Below are positions 8,114-18,603 of a stretch of 57,600 nt of DNA, piece by piece (position 1 is the first letter of the stretch; each line of letters starts with the position of its first letter). Both the position numbers and the translations under genes were made by a program. Location of the stretch: the NCBI GenBank assembly GCA_900314465.1, contig OMVK01000017.1, forward strand, positions 1 through 57,600, given 5' to 3'. The notes below the pieces were generated by a model. That model was not told where the DNA came from. It searched no databases and saw only the letters and a program-made list of their open reading frames with translations. Source of the stretch: an uncultured bacterium. Its GTDB lineage: Bacteria; Bacillota_I; Bacilli_A; RF39; UBA660.

Positions 8114-9709
8114 TTATTCATGTTTATCACTTTCAATTATTGAAACAATACTTATATTCTTATGTTTATTTTTATATAAATTATATGATATATCAAATAC
8201 TTTCTTATAAGAATATCTTATTTTTTCTAATAATAACATATCTTTAGCTAAGATATTAACTTTATTCTTTCTAAGTATTTCTTCCCCTACTACTCTACCT
8301 ATACCAAGTATTTCAGATGATATAAGTAAATATTTATATGTTTCTTCAGTTAAACCATTTTTTCTAGGTACTTGATTAAAACTAAGCATATATTTTTTTA
8401 AACCCAATATATGATTAGCATCATTAACTAATTTATCATTCACAATATATTTATTTTTAACTTTAATAATATTATTATTTCTCATTTCATCAGTAATAAT
8501 ATATTTAATACATAAAGAATAAAAATCAATTATTTCTTCATAATTACTATATGCATATCTTTCTATCTTAGATATATCTAAAATATTACTATTATTACTA
8601 ACATGATTAAGTATTTCATATAATTTAATATCTAATACATCATTAAAATTATTATTAATAAATTTAATATAATATTTATTATTCTTATTAACTATTTCAA
8701 TATTACCATCGAATATCCATTTAAGTAAGACACCAGATATTAAATCTGATGGATTAGAAGATATATTAAAATATAAACTTAAAAAACATATCTCATAAAT
8801 ATCATATTTACATGGCACATCCATATAATAACCAACATCATTAAAAGTATATAATGTAGTTTTACTATTAACTTTAATATCACTAAATATATTTTTATTT
8901 CTATTATCCATTATTAATCTAACAATAATAAAGATTATTAAAAATATAACTACAATAATAATAAATATAATCGTAAAAGAAAAAACATTATTATTTTTTA
9001 TATAAGTAACAATAGAACTTTCATTCTTAATCTTATTAACATAATCATTAAAATTATCATTAACATCTATTGCATTTGTATATGTTATATCACTAGTATT
9101 AGTAATTAATCTAATATTATATTTAGATGAATCATAATTATTATCTTTTAATACAATTTCTCCATCAGAAAAACTTTGATTTAAACTATTACTACCAAAA
9201 GCATAAAGAACTATATTACTCTCATAAAATCCTTTATTACTCTTAATATTAATAATAACATTATCAGTATTTTGATCTAAATTCATACTTTCAAAAGTAA
9301 AATCAATACCATATACATTATCTTTATAATGTTTAATCATACCATTAATTTTATAATTAAGATAATATGTAGTTATACCATCAGTATTAATATTAAATCT
9401 AATAATCTTACGTATATTCTTATTAACATAATCAAAAGTATTAATCTTATTTTTATTAAAATTAATATCATAATTATAATTAGTATTATTACTATCAGTT
9501 AAAGTTAAGTCAGTAATAGATATATCACTAGAATTGAAAAATACTTTTTCAAAATAAGTATTCTTTTGATTAGGTATTTCTAGTACTTCATTAATATCTG
9601 CACTACCATCATCATTAATCATAACATTAATCGTATCAGTTTTAATATTACCAGCATATATATTAATACTAAATGAAAGTAATAATATTAAAAATACAAA
9701 TTTCTTCAT
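8114..9709 (-). CDS. DUF2207-like membrane protein
   Basis: ATG at 9707-9709 with GGAGG 8 nt upstream, 1 nt after the peptidase stop. Signal peptide MKKFVFLILLLSFSINIYA, extracellular N-domain, central TM (FSFTIIFIIIVVIFLIIFIIV). C-terminal ILGLKKYMLSF..YKYLLISSEILGIGRVV resembles the DUF2207 C-terminus. Confidence 0.55.
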   Translation of the reverse strand: MKKFVFLILLLSFSINIYAGNIKTDTINVMINDDGSADINEVLEIPNQKNTYFEKVFFNSSDISITDLTLTDSNNTNYNYDINFNKNKINTFDYVNKNIRKIIRFNINTDGITTYYLNYKINGMIKHYKDNVYGIDFTFESMNLDQNTDNVIINIKSNKGFYESNIVLYAFGSNSLNQSFSDGEIVLKDNNYDSSKYNIRLITNTSDITYTNAIDVNDNFNDYVNKIKNESSIVTYIKNNNVFSFTIIFIIIVVIFLIIFIIVRLIMDNRNKNIFSDIKVNSKTTLYTFNDVGYYMDVPCKYDIYEICFLSLYFNISSNPSDLISGVLLKWIFDGNIEIVNKNNKYYIKFINNNFNDVLDIKLYEILNHVSNNSNILDISKIERYAYSNYEEIIDFYSLCIKYIITDEMRNNNIIKVKNKYIVNDKLVNDANHILGLKKYMLSFNQVPRKNGLTEETYKYLLISSEILGIGRVVGEEILRKNKVNILAKDMLLLEKIRYSYKKVFDISYNLYKNKHKNISIVSIIESDKHE

Positions 9710-9710
9710 A

Positions 9711-10478
9711 TTAATAACCTCCAATTAATATATTTAATAAACTATTAAATAAACCCGAATTCCAAAATATAATAAGTAAACTTAATACTAAAAAAGGTCC
9801 AAATGGTAATATATTTGATTTATTTTTCTTAGTAGTTATCAAAGCATATGGAAGTGCAATAATTGATGCTAAAAAGATATATACAATACCTAATTTAATG
9901 CCAAGTACACTACCAGCAAATAGTGATAACTTAACATCACCCCATCCAAGAGATTCTTGTTTAAAAGCTTTATCACCAAATAACTTAATTAAAAGCATAA
10001 TACCAAATAAAACAAAACCAGATAATATACTATGTAATAGATAATTAATACCACCATCTAAAAATATTAATACTAGTAAAAATATTTCACCAGTTATTAA
10101 TACTTCATCAAGTATTATCATATATTTACTATCACTTATAAAAGTAACAATAACTACAGATACAACAACTAAAGATATTAATGTATTATAAGTAAAACCA
10201 AATATTAAATAACTAATCATATAAAGTATACCAGTAATTAATTCAGTAAGTGGATATTGGATACTTAATTTAATATGACAATTACTACATCTACCATGTT
10301 GAAATATATAAGAAAAAACTGGTATTAATTCATACCAGCTTAATTGATGATTACAATTTTCACAATGAGACCCTGGCTTTATAATTGATTCATTATTAGA
10401 AAGTCTCTCTGCACAAACATTAAAGAAAGACCCAAAGAATAATCCAACAATGAACAAATATAAAGGAATAATCCACAT
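9711..10478 (-). CDS. pilD: Prepilin (type IV leader) peptidase, A24 family
   Basis: ATG at 10476-10478 with GAGGTG 7 nt upstream. GSFFNVCAERL, paired CxxC (CENCNHQLSWYELIPVFSY...CSNCHIKLSIQYPLTE). Multi-pass membrane protein. Confidence 0.9.
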   Translation of the reverse strand: MWIIPLYLFIVGLFFGSFFNVCAERLSNNESIIKPGSHCENCNHQLSWYELIPVFSYIFQHGRCSNCHIKLSIQYPLTELITGILYMISYLIFGFTYNTLISLVVVSVVIVTFISDSKYMIILDEVLITGEIFLLVLIFLDGGINYLLHSILSGFVLFGIMLLIKLFGDKAFKQESLGWGDVKLSLFAGSVLGIKLGIVYIFLASIIALPYALITTKKNKSNILPFGPFLVLSLLIIFWNSGLFNSLLNILIGGY

Positions 10479-10507
10479 ATTAAAACACCTCATCAAGTAT
10501 AATTATT

Positions 10508-12106
10508 TTATTGAGCTTGTATCTCCTCATATAATCCAAATACCGGAACAATAACTGCTATGATTATAAATCCTACAATAACAGCTAAGAATATAATAAG
10601 TATTGGTTCAAGTAATGTCTTTAAAGTATTAACAAGCATCTTATGTTGTTCTACATAATATTCAGAAACACTTTCCATCATTTCCGCAAGTTGACCAGTT
10701 GATTCACCAGTTACCATCATGTAATAAGCAACTTCAGGTACAGCCCAGTTATCTTTAAATGCATCACTAATTTTTTCACCACTACTAATACGATTAATAC
10801 AATCAGCCATAATTTCACGATATATCTCATTACTAGTAACTTTACCTAAAATATCAATTGATTGAGTAATATAAACATTATTTTTTAATAATGATGCAAA
10901 AGTCTTAGTAAATATTGTCATTTCTTTATAAATAATAACTTTACCAAATATAGGTGATTTCATTGCTATAGACTGCATTGTATATCTAACAGCTTTAATA
11001 TTTTTATAAAGAATAACAAGAGTAACTACAATAATAAATATAACCAATACAATATAGAAAGCATTATTACGTAAGAAGTCTGATGCTGCAATTAAGAATG
11101 AAGTTATTGGATTAAGTTTAACACCTGCAGTATTATATATACCAACAAATTGTGGTACTAAATATACAAGTAAGAATATAATAACAGCAATAGCAAATAC
11201 AAATACTAGTGTTGGATATGTTAAAGCTTGAATCATATCTTTTCTTGTAGTTTCAACTTCACGATAATAATCAGCCATATCATCAAGTGTACCTTCAAGG
11301 TCACCTGTAGCTTCAGCAGATCTAATCATATTTATTAATAATGGAGGAAAAGCTTCACCCTGTTTTTCAAGTGCATTTGAGAAAGACTCACCTAAAGTTA
11401 ATTGATAAACAACAGAATCAAATGTTCTTCTGATATTCTTATTTTTACCCATTTGTCTACTTAAAATACGCATAGCATCAGTTAATGGAATACCAGCTTT
11501 TAAATAAGTAGACAATTGCTCTAACCAAAATACGATATCACGAGTTTTGATTTTTCTACTAATGAAACCACGTTCGCCATAATATCTTTCAATCCACTTA
11601 CTTGTTTCAATTTTAAAAACTTTATATCCTTCATTTTCAAGGAATGTATATACTTCAGTACGAGAAAAAGCAACAAAAGCATTTGTAACTATTTTACCAG
11701 ATGGATCAAGTGCAGTATATCGGTATGTAACTGGTACGTCACTTCTAACTTCACTATTAGAATCAATTAAATTAATTAAAGCTTGTCTTGAATCGACTAA
11801 ATTTTTAGATACTCTTACTTCTTTAACATATTTCTTTGGATGCTTTAATTCTTCATTTATTGCATCTTGTTCTTTTTGAATTTCACTACTTTCAGTAGAA
11901 TTAATATAAGCACCACTTAAGTCATTAGTTTCAACATTAGCATTAACAGTATTATATAAGCCTTTAGAAAGTACATTCCATAAAGCAGTAAATGGTTTAG
12001 TTAGCCCTTTTAATACATAATAAACACCTAAACAAACATACAAAGGAAAAAATAAAAAGAAATTATCTTGTTTATGTACATGTCTTTTTTCCTTAACGCC
12101 ATCCAT
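10508..12106 (-). CDS. pilC: Type II secretion / type IV pilus / Com pseudopilus platform protein (GspF/PilC/ComGB family) with N-terminal extension
   Basis: 532 aa. Two GspF-type repeats (..LSTYLKAGIPLTDAMRIL.. and ..FASLLKNNVYITQSIDIL..). Three TM blocks. About 130 extra N-terminal residues with a hydrophobic segment. Confidence 0.85.
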   Translation of the reverse strand: MDGVKEKRHVHKQDNFFLFFPLYVCLGVYYVLKGLTKPFTALWNVLSKGLYNTVNANVETNDLSGAYINSTESSEIQKEQDAINEELKHPKKYVKEVRVSKNLVDSRQALINLIDSNSEVRSDVPVTYRYTALDPSGKIVTNAFVAFSRTEVYTFLENEGYKVFKIETSKWIERYYGERGFISRKIKTRDIVFWLEQLSTYLKAGIPLTDAMRILSRQMGKNKNIRRTFDSVVYQLTLGESFSNALEKQGEAFPPLLINMIRSAEATGDLEGTLDDMADYYREVETTRKDMIQALTYPTLVFVFAIAVIIFLLVYLVPQFVGIYNTAGVKLNPITSFLIAASDFLRNNAFYIVLVIFIIVVTLVILYKNIKAVRYTMQSIAMKSPIFGKVIIYKEMTIFTKTFASLLKNNVYITQSIDILGKVTSNEIYREIMADCINRISSGEKISDAFKDNWAVPEVAYYMMVTGESTGQLAEMMESVSEYYVEQHKMLVNTLKTLLEPILIIFLAVIVGFIIIAVIVPVFGLYEEIQAQ

Positions 12107-12199
12107 AACTACCCAACACCTTTCTCTAGTCTAATCAATTATAACATAATTATATATCAATATAAATAACAATTAAATTAAAAAATATAACTATTTTAC

Positions 12200-12448
12200 T
12201 TAAAGCATAAAAATTAATATATAATCTATAACAAAAATATTAGCAATTAAAAATATATAATTAAAAATATTTCTATACTTATTAAAGAAATAAAAACTCA
12301 TAACTAAGGCAATCAAAGAACTAAAACAAGAGACAATTATATATGTTATATCTCTTCCTTGTGTAAATATAACTAATATTAATAATATATTAATTAAAAA
12401 TATATCTAAACATGCATATTTATTTTCTGTAAACTTCATAACAATCAC
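12200..12448 (-). CDS. Small hydrophobic protein (about 3 TM), unknown function
   Basis: 82-aa ORF between the rplQ terminator and pilC. Strongly hydrophobic. No family recognised. Confidence 0.4.
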   Translation of the reverse strand: MIVMKFTENKYACLDIFLINILLILVIFTQGRDITYIIVSCFSSLIALVMSFYFFNKYRNIFNYIFLIANIFVIDYILIFML

Positions 12449-12462
12449 AAATAAATTATAGC

Positions 12463-12499
12463 ATAAAAAAAGACTTGATTATTGAACTAATTCAAGTCT
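12463..12499 (-). terminator. Rho-independent terminator of the alpha operon
   Basis: agacttga (12471-12478) / tcaagtct (12492-12499) spanning the rplQ stop codon, followed on the minus strand by U7 (plus-strand A-run 12464-12470). Confidence 0.75.
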
Positions 12500-12820
12500 T
12501 ACTGTTAAGGCGTCATCGCCTTTTCTTTCGTTAAGTTTAATAATTCTTGTATAACCACCATTACGTGATTCATAACGAGGTGCAAGTTCATTAAATACTT
12601 TATCAACGACAGCTTTATCATTATTAACAAATGCAAGAGCACGTCTTCTTGAAACTAAAGATCCATCTTTTCCATATGTGATCATCTTATCAACAAATTT
12701 TCTAACTTCCTTAGCTCTAGCTTCAGTAGTTACAACATATTCATTCATGATTACATCTTTAGTAATTCCGGCTAACATACTTTTTCTAACACTTGATTTT
12801 CTTCCTAATTTTCTATACAT
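12479..12820 (-). CDS. rplQ: 50S ribosomal protein L17
   Basis: 113 aa, [16 protein letters not shown]..., follows rpoA as in the alpha operon. Confidence 0.97.
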   Translation of the reverse strand: MYRKLGRKSSVRKSMLAGITKDVIMNEYVVTTEARAKEVRKFVDKMITYGKDGSLVSRRRALAFVNNDKAVVDKVFNELAPRYESRNGGYTRIIKLNERKGDDALTVRLELVQ

Positions 12821-12841
12821 ATTTTAACCTCCTTACTTATA

Positions 12842-13783
12842 TTATTCATGGAACTGTAGTCCCATCTCATTTACTTTATTAATAACTTCTTTAAGTGATT
12901 TCTTACCAAGATTACGAATCTTAGCGACATCAGATTCCTTCATATCAATTAAATCTTGCATAGTATTAATACCAGCTCTCTTTAAGCAATTATAAGCTCT
13001 TACAGAGAATTCAATTTCTTCGATTGGAGTTTCCAATGTTTTAGTAATAGTATCAACTTTCTTTTCAGCCATAACACCAGTCTTATCAGCAATTTCATTA
13101 ATATTAGCTATTATCTTAAAATGTTCAATTAAGATTTTAGCAGATAATGCCATTGCTTCTTCAGGAGTCATTGAACCATTAGTATAAACATACATTGTAA
13201 GTTTATCATAGTTTTCACTTTGACCTACACGTGTAGGAACAACTTCTGGTAAAACTTTTTCAATTGGTGAATAATTAGAATCAACTGGGATAACTCCAGC
13301 TTGATCGCCACCCATAAGTTTTTTATTTTCACCAGCATCGACATATCCTCTACCATTTGAAACAGTAAGTTCCATGTCTATTTTTCCACCTTTAACAAGA
13401 TTGCAAATAACTAAATCCGGATTAACAATTTCAATATCAGCATCATGTTCGATTTCACCAGCAGTAACTGGACCTTCTTTAGATGCAGATAAATGCATTA
13501 TTTTCTTTTCATCAGAATAATTCTTAACAACTAAATCTTTAATATTAAGAATGATATTCATGACATCTTCTCTAATACCATCAATTTTTTGGAATTCGTG
13601 CATTACACCATCAATTTTAACAGATGTAACAGCAGAACCAGGCATAGAAGATAACATAACTCTTCTTAATGCATTACCTAATGTTGTACCAAAACCTCTT
13701 TCAAGTGGTTTAATTACAAACTTTCCATAATTTTTTTCTTGATCATATTCAGTTATTTCATATGTTGGTTTTTCAAAATTCAT
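12842..13783 (-). CDS. rpoA: DNA-directed RNA polymerase alpha subunit
   Basis: 313 aa. GFGTTLGNALRRVMLSS N-domain motif and C-terminal domain FSVRAYNCLKRAGI. Confidence 0.97.
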   Translation of the reverse strand: MNFEKPTYEITEYDQEKNYGKFVIKPLERGFGTTLGNALRRVMLSSMPGSAVTSVKIDGVMHEFQKIDGIREDVMNIILNIKDLVVKNYSDEKKIMHLSASKEGPVTAGEIEHDADIEIVNPDLVICNLVKGGKIDMELTVSNGRGYVDAGENKKLMGGDQAGVIPVDSNYSPIEKVLPEVVPTRVGQSENYDKLTMYVYTNGSMTPEEAMALSAKILIEHFKIIANINEIADKTGVMAEKKVDTITKTLETPIEEIEFSVRAYNCLKRAGINTMQDLIDMKESDVAKIRNLGKKSLKEVINKVNEMGLQFHE

Positions 13784-13808
13784 ATTTCAATCCTCTTTCT
13801 ACCTTATT

Positions 13809-14192
13809 TTACTTTTTAGGACGTTTTGGTGGACGACATCCATTGTGAGGTACTGGTGTTTCATCACTGATTGAAGTAATTTCTAAACCTGCAGCTTGTA
13901 AAGAACGAATAGCAGTTTCACGTCCTCCACCTAAGCCTTTAACAAATACATCAACTTTTACAACTCCAGAATCCATTGCAGCTTTAGCAGCAGAATCTGC
14001 AGCAAGTCCAGCAGCATAAGAAGTTTTCTTCTTAGTACCTTTATAACCAATTGTTCCAGATGAAGCCCAACTAATTGTATTACCAGCTTTATCAGTAATT
14101 GTAACTAGTGTATTATTAAAAGATGTAGAAATATGTGCTTGAGCTTCAGGTATATTCTTTTTAACTTTTCTTTTTCTTCTATTATAAGCCAT
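13809..14192 (-). CDS. rpsK: 30S ribosomal protein S11
   Basis: 127 aa. [15 protein letters not shown] and C-terminal [13 protein letters not shown]. Confidence 0.97.
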   Translation of the reverse strand: MAYNRRKRKVKKNIPEAQAHISTSFNNTLVTITDKAGNTISWASSGTIGYKGTKKKTSYAAGLAADSAAKAAMDSGVVKVDVFVKGLGGGRETAIRSLQAAGLEITSISDETPVPHNGCRPPKRPKK

Positions 14193-14212
14193 AACTAATA
14201 CCCTCCTAACTA

Positions 14213-14587
14213 TTATTTAGTTTCTTTCTTTTTATTAGCAACAGTAGCATTATGTCCCTTACGAGTACGTGCATTTCTATTAGTTCTTTGACCACGAACT
14301 GGAAGACCTTTTTTATGTCTTATTCCTTGATAAGAACCAATTTCCATTTTATTCTTAATGTTCATTTGAACTTCACGACGAAGTTCACCTTCAACTACAT
14401 ATTTATCAACTTCGCTACGTAATAATGCTTCTTGATCTAAAGTTAAATCACGAACTTTCATATCTTTATCAAGTCCACAATCGCTGCAAATCTTCTTTGC
14501 TAAACTTTGACCAATACCATGAATAGCTGTTAAACCAATAAATAATGATTTATCTTTTGGTAATTCAACGTTTTTAATTCTTGCCAT
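14213..14587 (-). CDS. rpsM: 30S ribosomal protein S13
   Basis: 124 aa. [10 protein letters not shown]..., [28 protein letters not shown]. Confidence 0.97.
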   Translation of the reverse strand: MARIKNVELPKDKSLFIGLTAIHGIGQSLAKKICSDCGLDKDMKVRDLTLDQEALLRSEVDKYVVEGELRREVQMNIKNKMEIGSYQGIRHKKGLPVRGQRTNRNARTRKGHNATVANKKKETK

Positions 14588-14598
14588 AAACTAACCTC

Positions 14599-14712
14599 CT
14601 AGCCTTGTACTTGTTTGTGTTTAGGATTTTCACAAATTACCCTAACTTTGCCATGTCTTCTAATTATTTTACACTTTGGGCAAATTTTTTTAACAGATGC
14701 TCTTTTCTTCAT
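14599..14712 (-). CDS. rpmJ: 50S ribosomal protein L36
   Basis: Not in the ORF track. Hand translation of the minus strand gives [37 protein letters not shown] (37 aa) with the C-x2-C-x12-C-x4-H zinc motif, in the canonical infA-rpmJ-rpsM position. Confidence 0.93.
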   Translation of the reverse strand: MKKRASVKKICPKCKIIRRHGKVRVICENPKHKQVQG

Positions 14713-14724
14713 AATAAACCTCCA

Positions 14725-14937
14725 TTATTTTCTTATCTTAATAATCCCATGTTTTAAATCTGTTGGTGACATCTCTAATGTAACTCTATCTCCTGCTAAA
14801 ATACGGATCATATTCATACGTATTTTACCAGAAACACGGGCATCTACAACAACTCCATTGTCAAGTTGTACTTTGTAAATTTCATGAGTAACACTAATAA
14901 CTTTTCCGTCTACTCTTAATTTTTCTTCTTTAGCCAT
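14725..14937 (-). CDS. infA: Translation initiation factor IF-1
   Basis: 70 aa, S1-like OB fold. GKIRMNMIRILAGDRV. Confidence 0.95.
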   Translation of the reverse strand: MAKEEKLRVDGKVISVTHEIYKVQLDNGVVVDARVSGKIRMNMIRILAGDRVTLEMSPTDLKHGIIKIRK

Positions 14938-14943
14938 AACTCC

Positions 14944-15693
14944 TTATTCTCCTGTAAGAATTTCATAACCATCATCAGTAATAGCTACTGTATGTTCAAA
15001 ATGTGCAGCTGGACTACCATCTTCTGTAACAATTGTCCAACCATCATCAAGTTCAACTATATCTTTTCTTCCGGCTGTAAGCATTGGTTCAACAGCTAAG
15101 ACCATTCCTTTTTTAAGAATGACTCCGCTACCATATTTACCATAATTTGGAATCCAAGGATCTTGATGCATTTCATGACCAACGCCATGACCACCAAGTT
15201 CTCTTACGACACCTAAACCATGTCTTTCAGCATATTGTTGAATTCTTGCGCTTAAGTTACCAATTGGTACTCCAGGTTTTAATTCTTTAAGTCCTACATA
15301 AAGTGACCTTTCTGTATGATATAACAAATGTTCTTTTTCTTTATTAATATGACCAACAGGCCATGTAGTCGCAGAATCAGAAACATAATTATTTAAAGTA
15401 ACTACAATATCAAAAGAAACAATATCACCTTCGTGAATAAATACATCATCTCTTCCAATACCATGAACTACTTCATCATTTACAGATATACAAATATTGT
15501 TAGGATATCCTTCAAAACCCTTAGATGTTGGAATACCACCATGACTAGTAATAAACTTACCAGCTTCATCATCTAAATATTTAGTTGAAACACCAGGTTT
15601 CAATAAACTCTTTAGATATTGATGTGTCATATAATTTAAATGACCTGATTCCTTAATCTTTTTTATTTCATCATCAGTATAAATATCTATCAT
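14944..15693 (-). CDS. map: Methionine aminopeptidase type I
   Basis: 249 aa. VHGIGRDD, FDIVV..DSA, HGVGHEMH, AVEPM and HFEHTV metal-ligand contexts. Confidence 0.95.
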   Translation of the reverse strand: MIDIYTDDEIKKIKESGHLNYMTHQYLKSLLKPGVSTKYLDDEAGKFITSHGGIPTSKGFEGYPNNICISVNDEVVHGIGRDDVFIHEGDIVSFDIVVTLNNYVSDSATTWPVGHINKEKEHLLYHTERSLYVGLKELKPGVPIGNLSARIQQYAERHGLGVVRELGGHGVGHEMHQDPWIPNYGKYGSGVILKKGMVLAVEPMLTAGRKDIVELDDGWTIVTEDGSPAAHFEHTVAITDDGYEILTGE

Positions 15694-16349
15694 TTACAAA
15701 TCACTTCTTCTATCTTCGCAAATGTTTCTTCTGGACTTCCAGAATTATCTATTTTTCTGAGTAATTTCTTTTGATCATAATACATAAGTAAAGGTTCAGT
15801 ATCTTTAATATATGTATCAAATCTATTTTTAAATGTTTCTTCATTATCATCAGACCTACTTACAAGTTCAGTCTGATCATTATCACAGATGCCATCAACT
15901 TTCGGTTTAAATATTTCTTCATACTTATTATATGAGGCATTACACTTTGGACAAGTTAATCTTCCAAGTGCTCTTCTCATCGCAGTATCTCTATCCATAC
16001 TTAAATATAAAACATGATCAATTTTCATATTAAGACTTTGAAGCATATCATCAAGAAACTTTGCTTGTGATACATTTCTTGGATACCCATCAAGTATGAA
16101 TCCATTTTTAATATCATCTTTCATAAGTCTATTTTTAAGTAACTCACCAACAATTTCATCACTTACAAGTTTTCCACTTTTCATAATTTCATTAAGTTCA
16201 TTACCTAAAGTAGAACCAGATGATACCTCATCTCTTAATAAGTCTCCAGTAGAAATATGGACAAGTCCATATTTCTTAACTAAAAACCCACTTTGTGTAC
16301 CCTTACCTGCAGCAGGTGGGGCAATAAATATTATATTTTTATTAATCAT
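15690..16349 (-). CDS. adk: Adenylate kinase (zinc-lid type)
   Basis: 219 aa. P-loop APPAAGKGTQ, ILDGYPR, lid CPKCNASYN...CDND. Confidence 0.95.
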   Translation of the reverse strand: MINKNIIFIAPPAAGKGTQSGFLVKKYGLVHISTGDLLRDEVSSGSTLGNELNEIMKSGKLVSDEIVGELLKNRLMKDDIKNGFILDGYPRNVSQAKFLDDMLQSLNMKIDHVLYLSMDRDTAMRRALGRLTCPKCNASYNKYEEIFKPKVDGICDNDQTELVSRSDDNEETFKNRFDTYIKDTEPLLMYYDQKKLLRKIDNSGSPEETFAKIEEVICK

Positions 16350-17614
16350 CTATTATGTCTTCTCCTACGTTCATCATAACTACGTGAAACTATTGATGAC
16401 TCAAGTTGTTTATAAGTTTCAAGTGCAACACCAACAACAATTAAAAGTCCTGTACCACCTAAAGTAACTGAACTAGATAGTCCTGAAACCTTAGAGAATA
16501 TTATAGGAATTGCTGCAAGAATTGCAAGTGATGTACTACCAACAAATGTAAGTCTTGATATAGTTTCCTTTAAATAAGCTTGTGTTTTTTCACCAGGTGC
16601 AATACCAGGTATATAAGCATGAGACTTATCTAAATTTTCACTCATTTCTTTTGGATTTAATTCCATTAATGAATAAACATAACCAAAAGCATATATTAAT
16701 AAAATATAAATTATGAAACCAGTTAATGAAGTATATACAATATAATTATTAACTATATTAGTAAATGTTTCATTATTTACAAAGCTTGCAATCAACGAAG
16801 GAATACTTGTTAATGCACTTGCAAATATAACTGGCATAACATTAGCTGAATTTAACTTTAAAGGCATATAAGATTGTTCCTTAGCATAAGAGCTAATTGT
16901 TCTTGTACTATGTTGAATAGGAATTCTTCTTTCACTTATTTCAGTGAATACTACACCTACTAAAATAAACAAATAAGCTAATATAAATACAATAAATAAA
17001 ATTATACCAACAGCAGTATTAAAGTTACCAGAAGTAACAAAATCAGTAAATGCTGTTTGGAAAGTACTAGGTAAAGTATTAACAATACCAGCCATAATTA
17101 TTAGTGATACACCATTACCTATACCTTTTTTAGTTATCTCATCAGCTAGCCATAATAGTAGAGCCGTACCAGCAGTTAATATAACAGTTGTCTTTAATAT
17201 AACAGATGTATCATTACTACCTAAAAAGGCAACCGAATAAATATAACCTTGGATAAAAGCAAATAGAATACCTAAATATCTATTAATTCTATTAATCTTT
17301 TGTCTACCAGTAGCACCTTGTTCCTTCAATTCTTTAAAATATGGAATAATATCCATTTGTAATAACTGCGTAATAATAGATGCAGTAATATATGGCATTA
17401 CTCCTAAAGCAAATATGGAAAAAGTTCTTAAACTACCACCACTCATTAGGTTTAATAAATCAATAAAACCTAAGTTTTGTGTAATTGATTTAGCACCAGG
17501 AACCATAATATTAGTTCCTAGTCCAAATATTGCTAGCACAAACAAGGTGAAGTAAATTCTTTTTCTCAAATCTTTATTATTTGAACTAAATAGTCCATTA
17601 AGATTAGAAAACAC
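16346..17614 (-). CDS. secY: Preprotein translocase subunit SecY
   Basis: 422 aa, GTG start 1 nt after the rplO stop. 10-TM pattern. GVMPYITASII motif. Confidence 0.96.
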   Translation of the reverse strand: MFSNLNGLFSSNNKDLRKRIYFTLFVLAIFGLGTNIMVPGAKSITQNLGFIDLLNLMSGGSLRTFSIFALGVMPYITASIITQLLQMDIIPYFKELKEQGATGRQKINRINRYLGILFAFIQGYIYSVAFLGSNDTSVILKTTVILTAGTALLLWLADEITKKGIGNGVSLIIMAGIVNTLPSTFQTAFTDFVTSGNFNTAVGIILFIVFILAYLFILVGVVFTEISERRIPIQHSTRTISSYAKEQSYMPLKLNSANVMPVIFASALTSIPSLIASFVNNETFTNIVNNYIVYTSLTGFIIYILLIYAFGYVYSLMELNPKEMSENLDKSHAYIPGIAPGEKTQAYLKETISRLTFVGSTSLAILAAIPIIFSKVSGLSSSVTLGGTGLLIVVGVALETYKQLESSIVSRSYDERRRRHNR

Positions 17615-17615
17615 C

Positions 17616-18056
17616 TTAAATCACCTCTGTTGTTCCACCTAATTCTTCAATCTTAGTAACAGCCTTAGATGAGAATCTTTGTGCTTTTACATTAACCTTC
17701 TTTTCTAATTTACCATTAGCAAGAACTTTAACGCCATCGTTAATCTTTTTAATTACACCAGTTTCAAGTAATAATTCTGGAGTAATATCAGTACCATCTT
17801 CAAATCTGTTTAAATCAGATAAGTTAACAACGGCATAAACTTTCTTGAAATTCTTATTATTAAATCCCTTTTTAGGAACTCTACGGAAGAATGGAGTTTG
17901 TCCACCTTCAAACCATGGTTTGATTCCTGAACCACTTCTACTCTTTTGGCCCTTTTCACCACGAGTTGAAGTTTTACCCATTCCTGAACCAGGTCCACGA
18001 CCTACTCTTTTTGTTCTCTTAGTTTCTGGAGATTTTACTAAATTATTTAATTTCAT
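17616..18056 (-). CDS. rplO: 50S ribosomal protein L15
   Basis: ATG at 18054-18056 (ORF track extends to 18095). MKLNNL...[24 protein letters not shown]. Confidence 0.95.
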   Translation of the reverse strand: MKLNNLVKSPETKRTKRVGRGPGSGMGKTSTRGEKGQKSRSGSGIKPWFEGGQTPFFRRVPKKGFNNKNFKKVYAVVNLSDLNRFEDGTDITPELLLETGVIKKINDGVKVLANGKLEKKVNVKAQRFSSKAVTKIEELGGTTEVI

Positions 18057-18057
18057 A

Positions 18058-18594
18058 TTATAACTCCTCAACTTTCTTTCCACGTAACTCTGCAATTTCT
18101 TCAGGTGTATGTTCAGATTGTAAAGCTTGTAGAGTTGCTTTTGCTACATTAAGTTTTGTATTAGAACCAAGTGATTTAGAAGTTACATCTTTAACACCAG
18201 CTATTTCAAGTATTTCACGTGCAGCACCACCAGCAATTAAACCAGTTCCTTTTGGTGCAGGTTTAATCATAACTCTTGATTTACCACAAGTACCATATGC
18301 TTCATGTGGAATAGTACGATTTCCATCTACTAAAGAAATCTTTACTAGATTCTTATTAGCAGCAAGAGATGCTTTCTTAATTGCATCTGGACCTTCGTTA
18401 GCTTTACCAATTCCAATACCAACTAAGCCTTTACCATCACCAACAGCAACTACGGCAGCAAAACGCATACGACGTCCACCTTTAGTTACTTTAGTAACAG
18501 GTTTAAACTCAATAACTCTTTCATCAAGAAGCTTTTTCTTAGGATCTAATTTTCTAAAATTCTTATTATTAGTTTTCTTATTTTCTTCTGCCAT
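18058..18594 (-). CDS. rpsE: 30S ribosomal protein S5
   Basis: 178 aa. [24 protein letters not shown]. Directly abuts rplO, so no rpmD lies between them. Confidence 0.97.
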   Translation of the reverse strand: MAEENKKTNNKNFRKLDPKKKLLDERVIEFKPVTKVTKGGRRMRFAAVVAVGDGKGLVGIGIGKANEGPDAIKKASLAANKNLVKISLVDGNRTIPHEAYGTCGKSRVMIKPAPKGTGLIAGGAAREILEIAGVKDVTSKSLGSNTKLNVAKATLQALQSEHTPEEIAELRGKKVEEL

Positions 18595-18603
18595 AATAAC
18601 CTC

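Noticed and set aside
8007-8116. Small minus-strand ORF (MNKFLTKADIDMLYSFDEHPFENKNSKKNNKIKRRKKKNG...) starting in the stop codon of the DUF2207-like gene and running out of frame into the 7359-8006 gene through A-rich runs. Considered as a frameshifted N-terminal extension.
   Set aside because: The paralogue at 33160-34416 starts at the equivalent position (M-x-x-x-x-(I/V)-H), so MASEIIHLAV is the natural N-terminus. The small ORF is Lys-rich read-out of an A-rich spacer.
16295-16325. Adenylate kinase P-loop reads APPAAGKGTQ instead of the usual G-x-P-G-x-GKGT.
   Set aside because: The GK(G)T core and the rest of the protein (NMP-binding region and zinc lid) are intact. This is likely a tolerated lineage variant, and I cannot judge function from sequence alone.
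18056-18058. Absence of rpmD (L30) between rpsE and rplO.
   Set aside because: The rpsE stop and the rplO start are 1 nt apart, so nothing is hidden there. Loss of L30 is known in several bacterial lineages and is not evidence of rearrangement.
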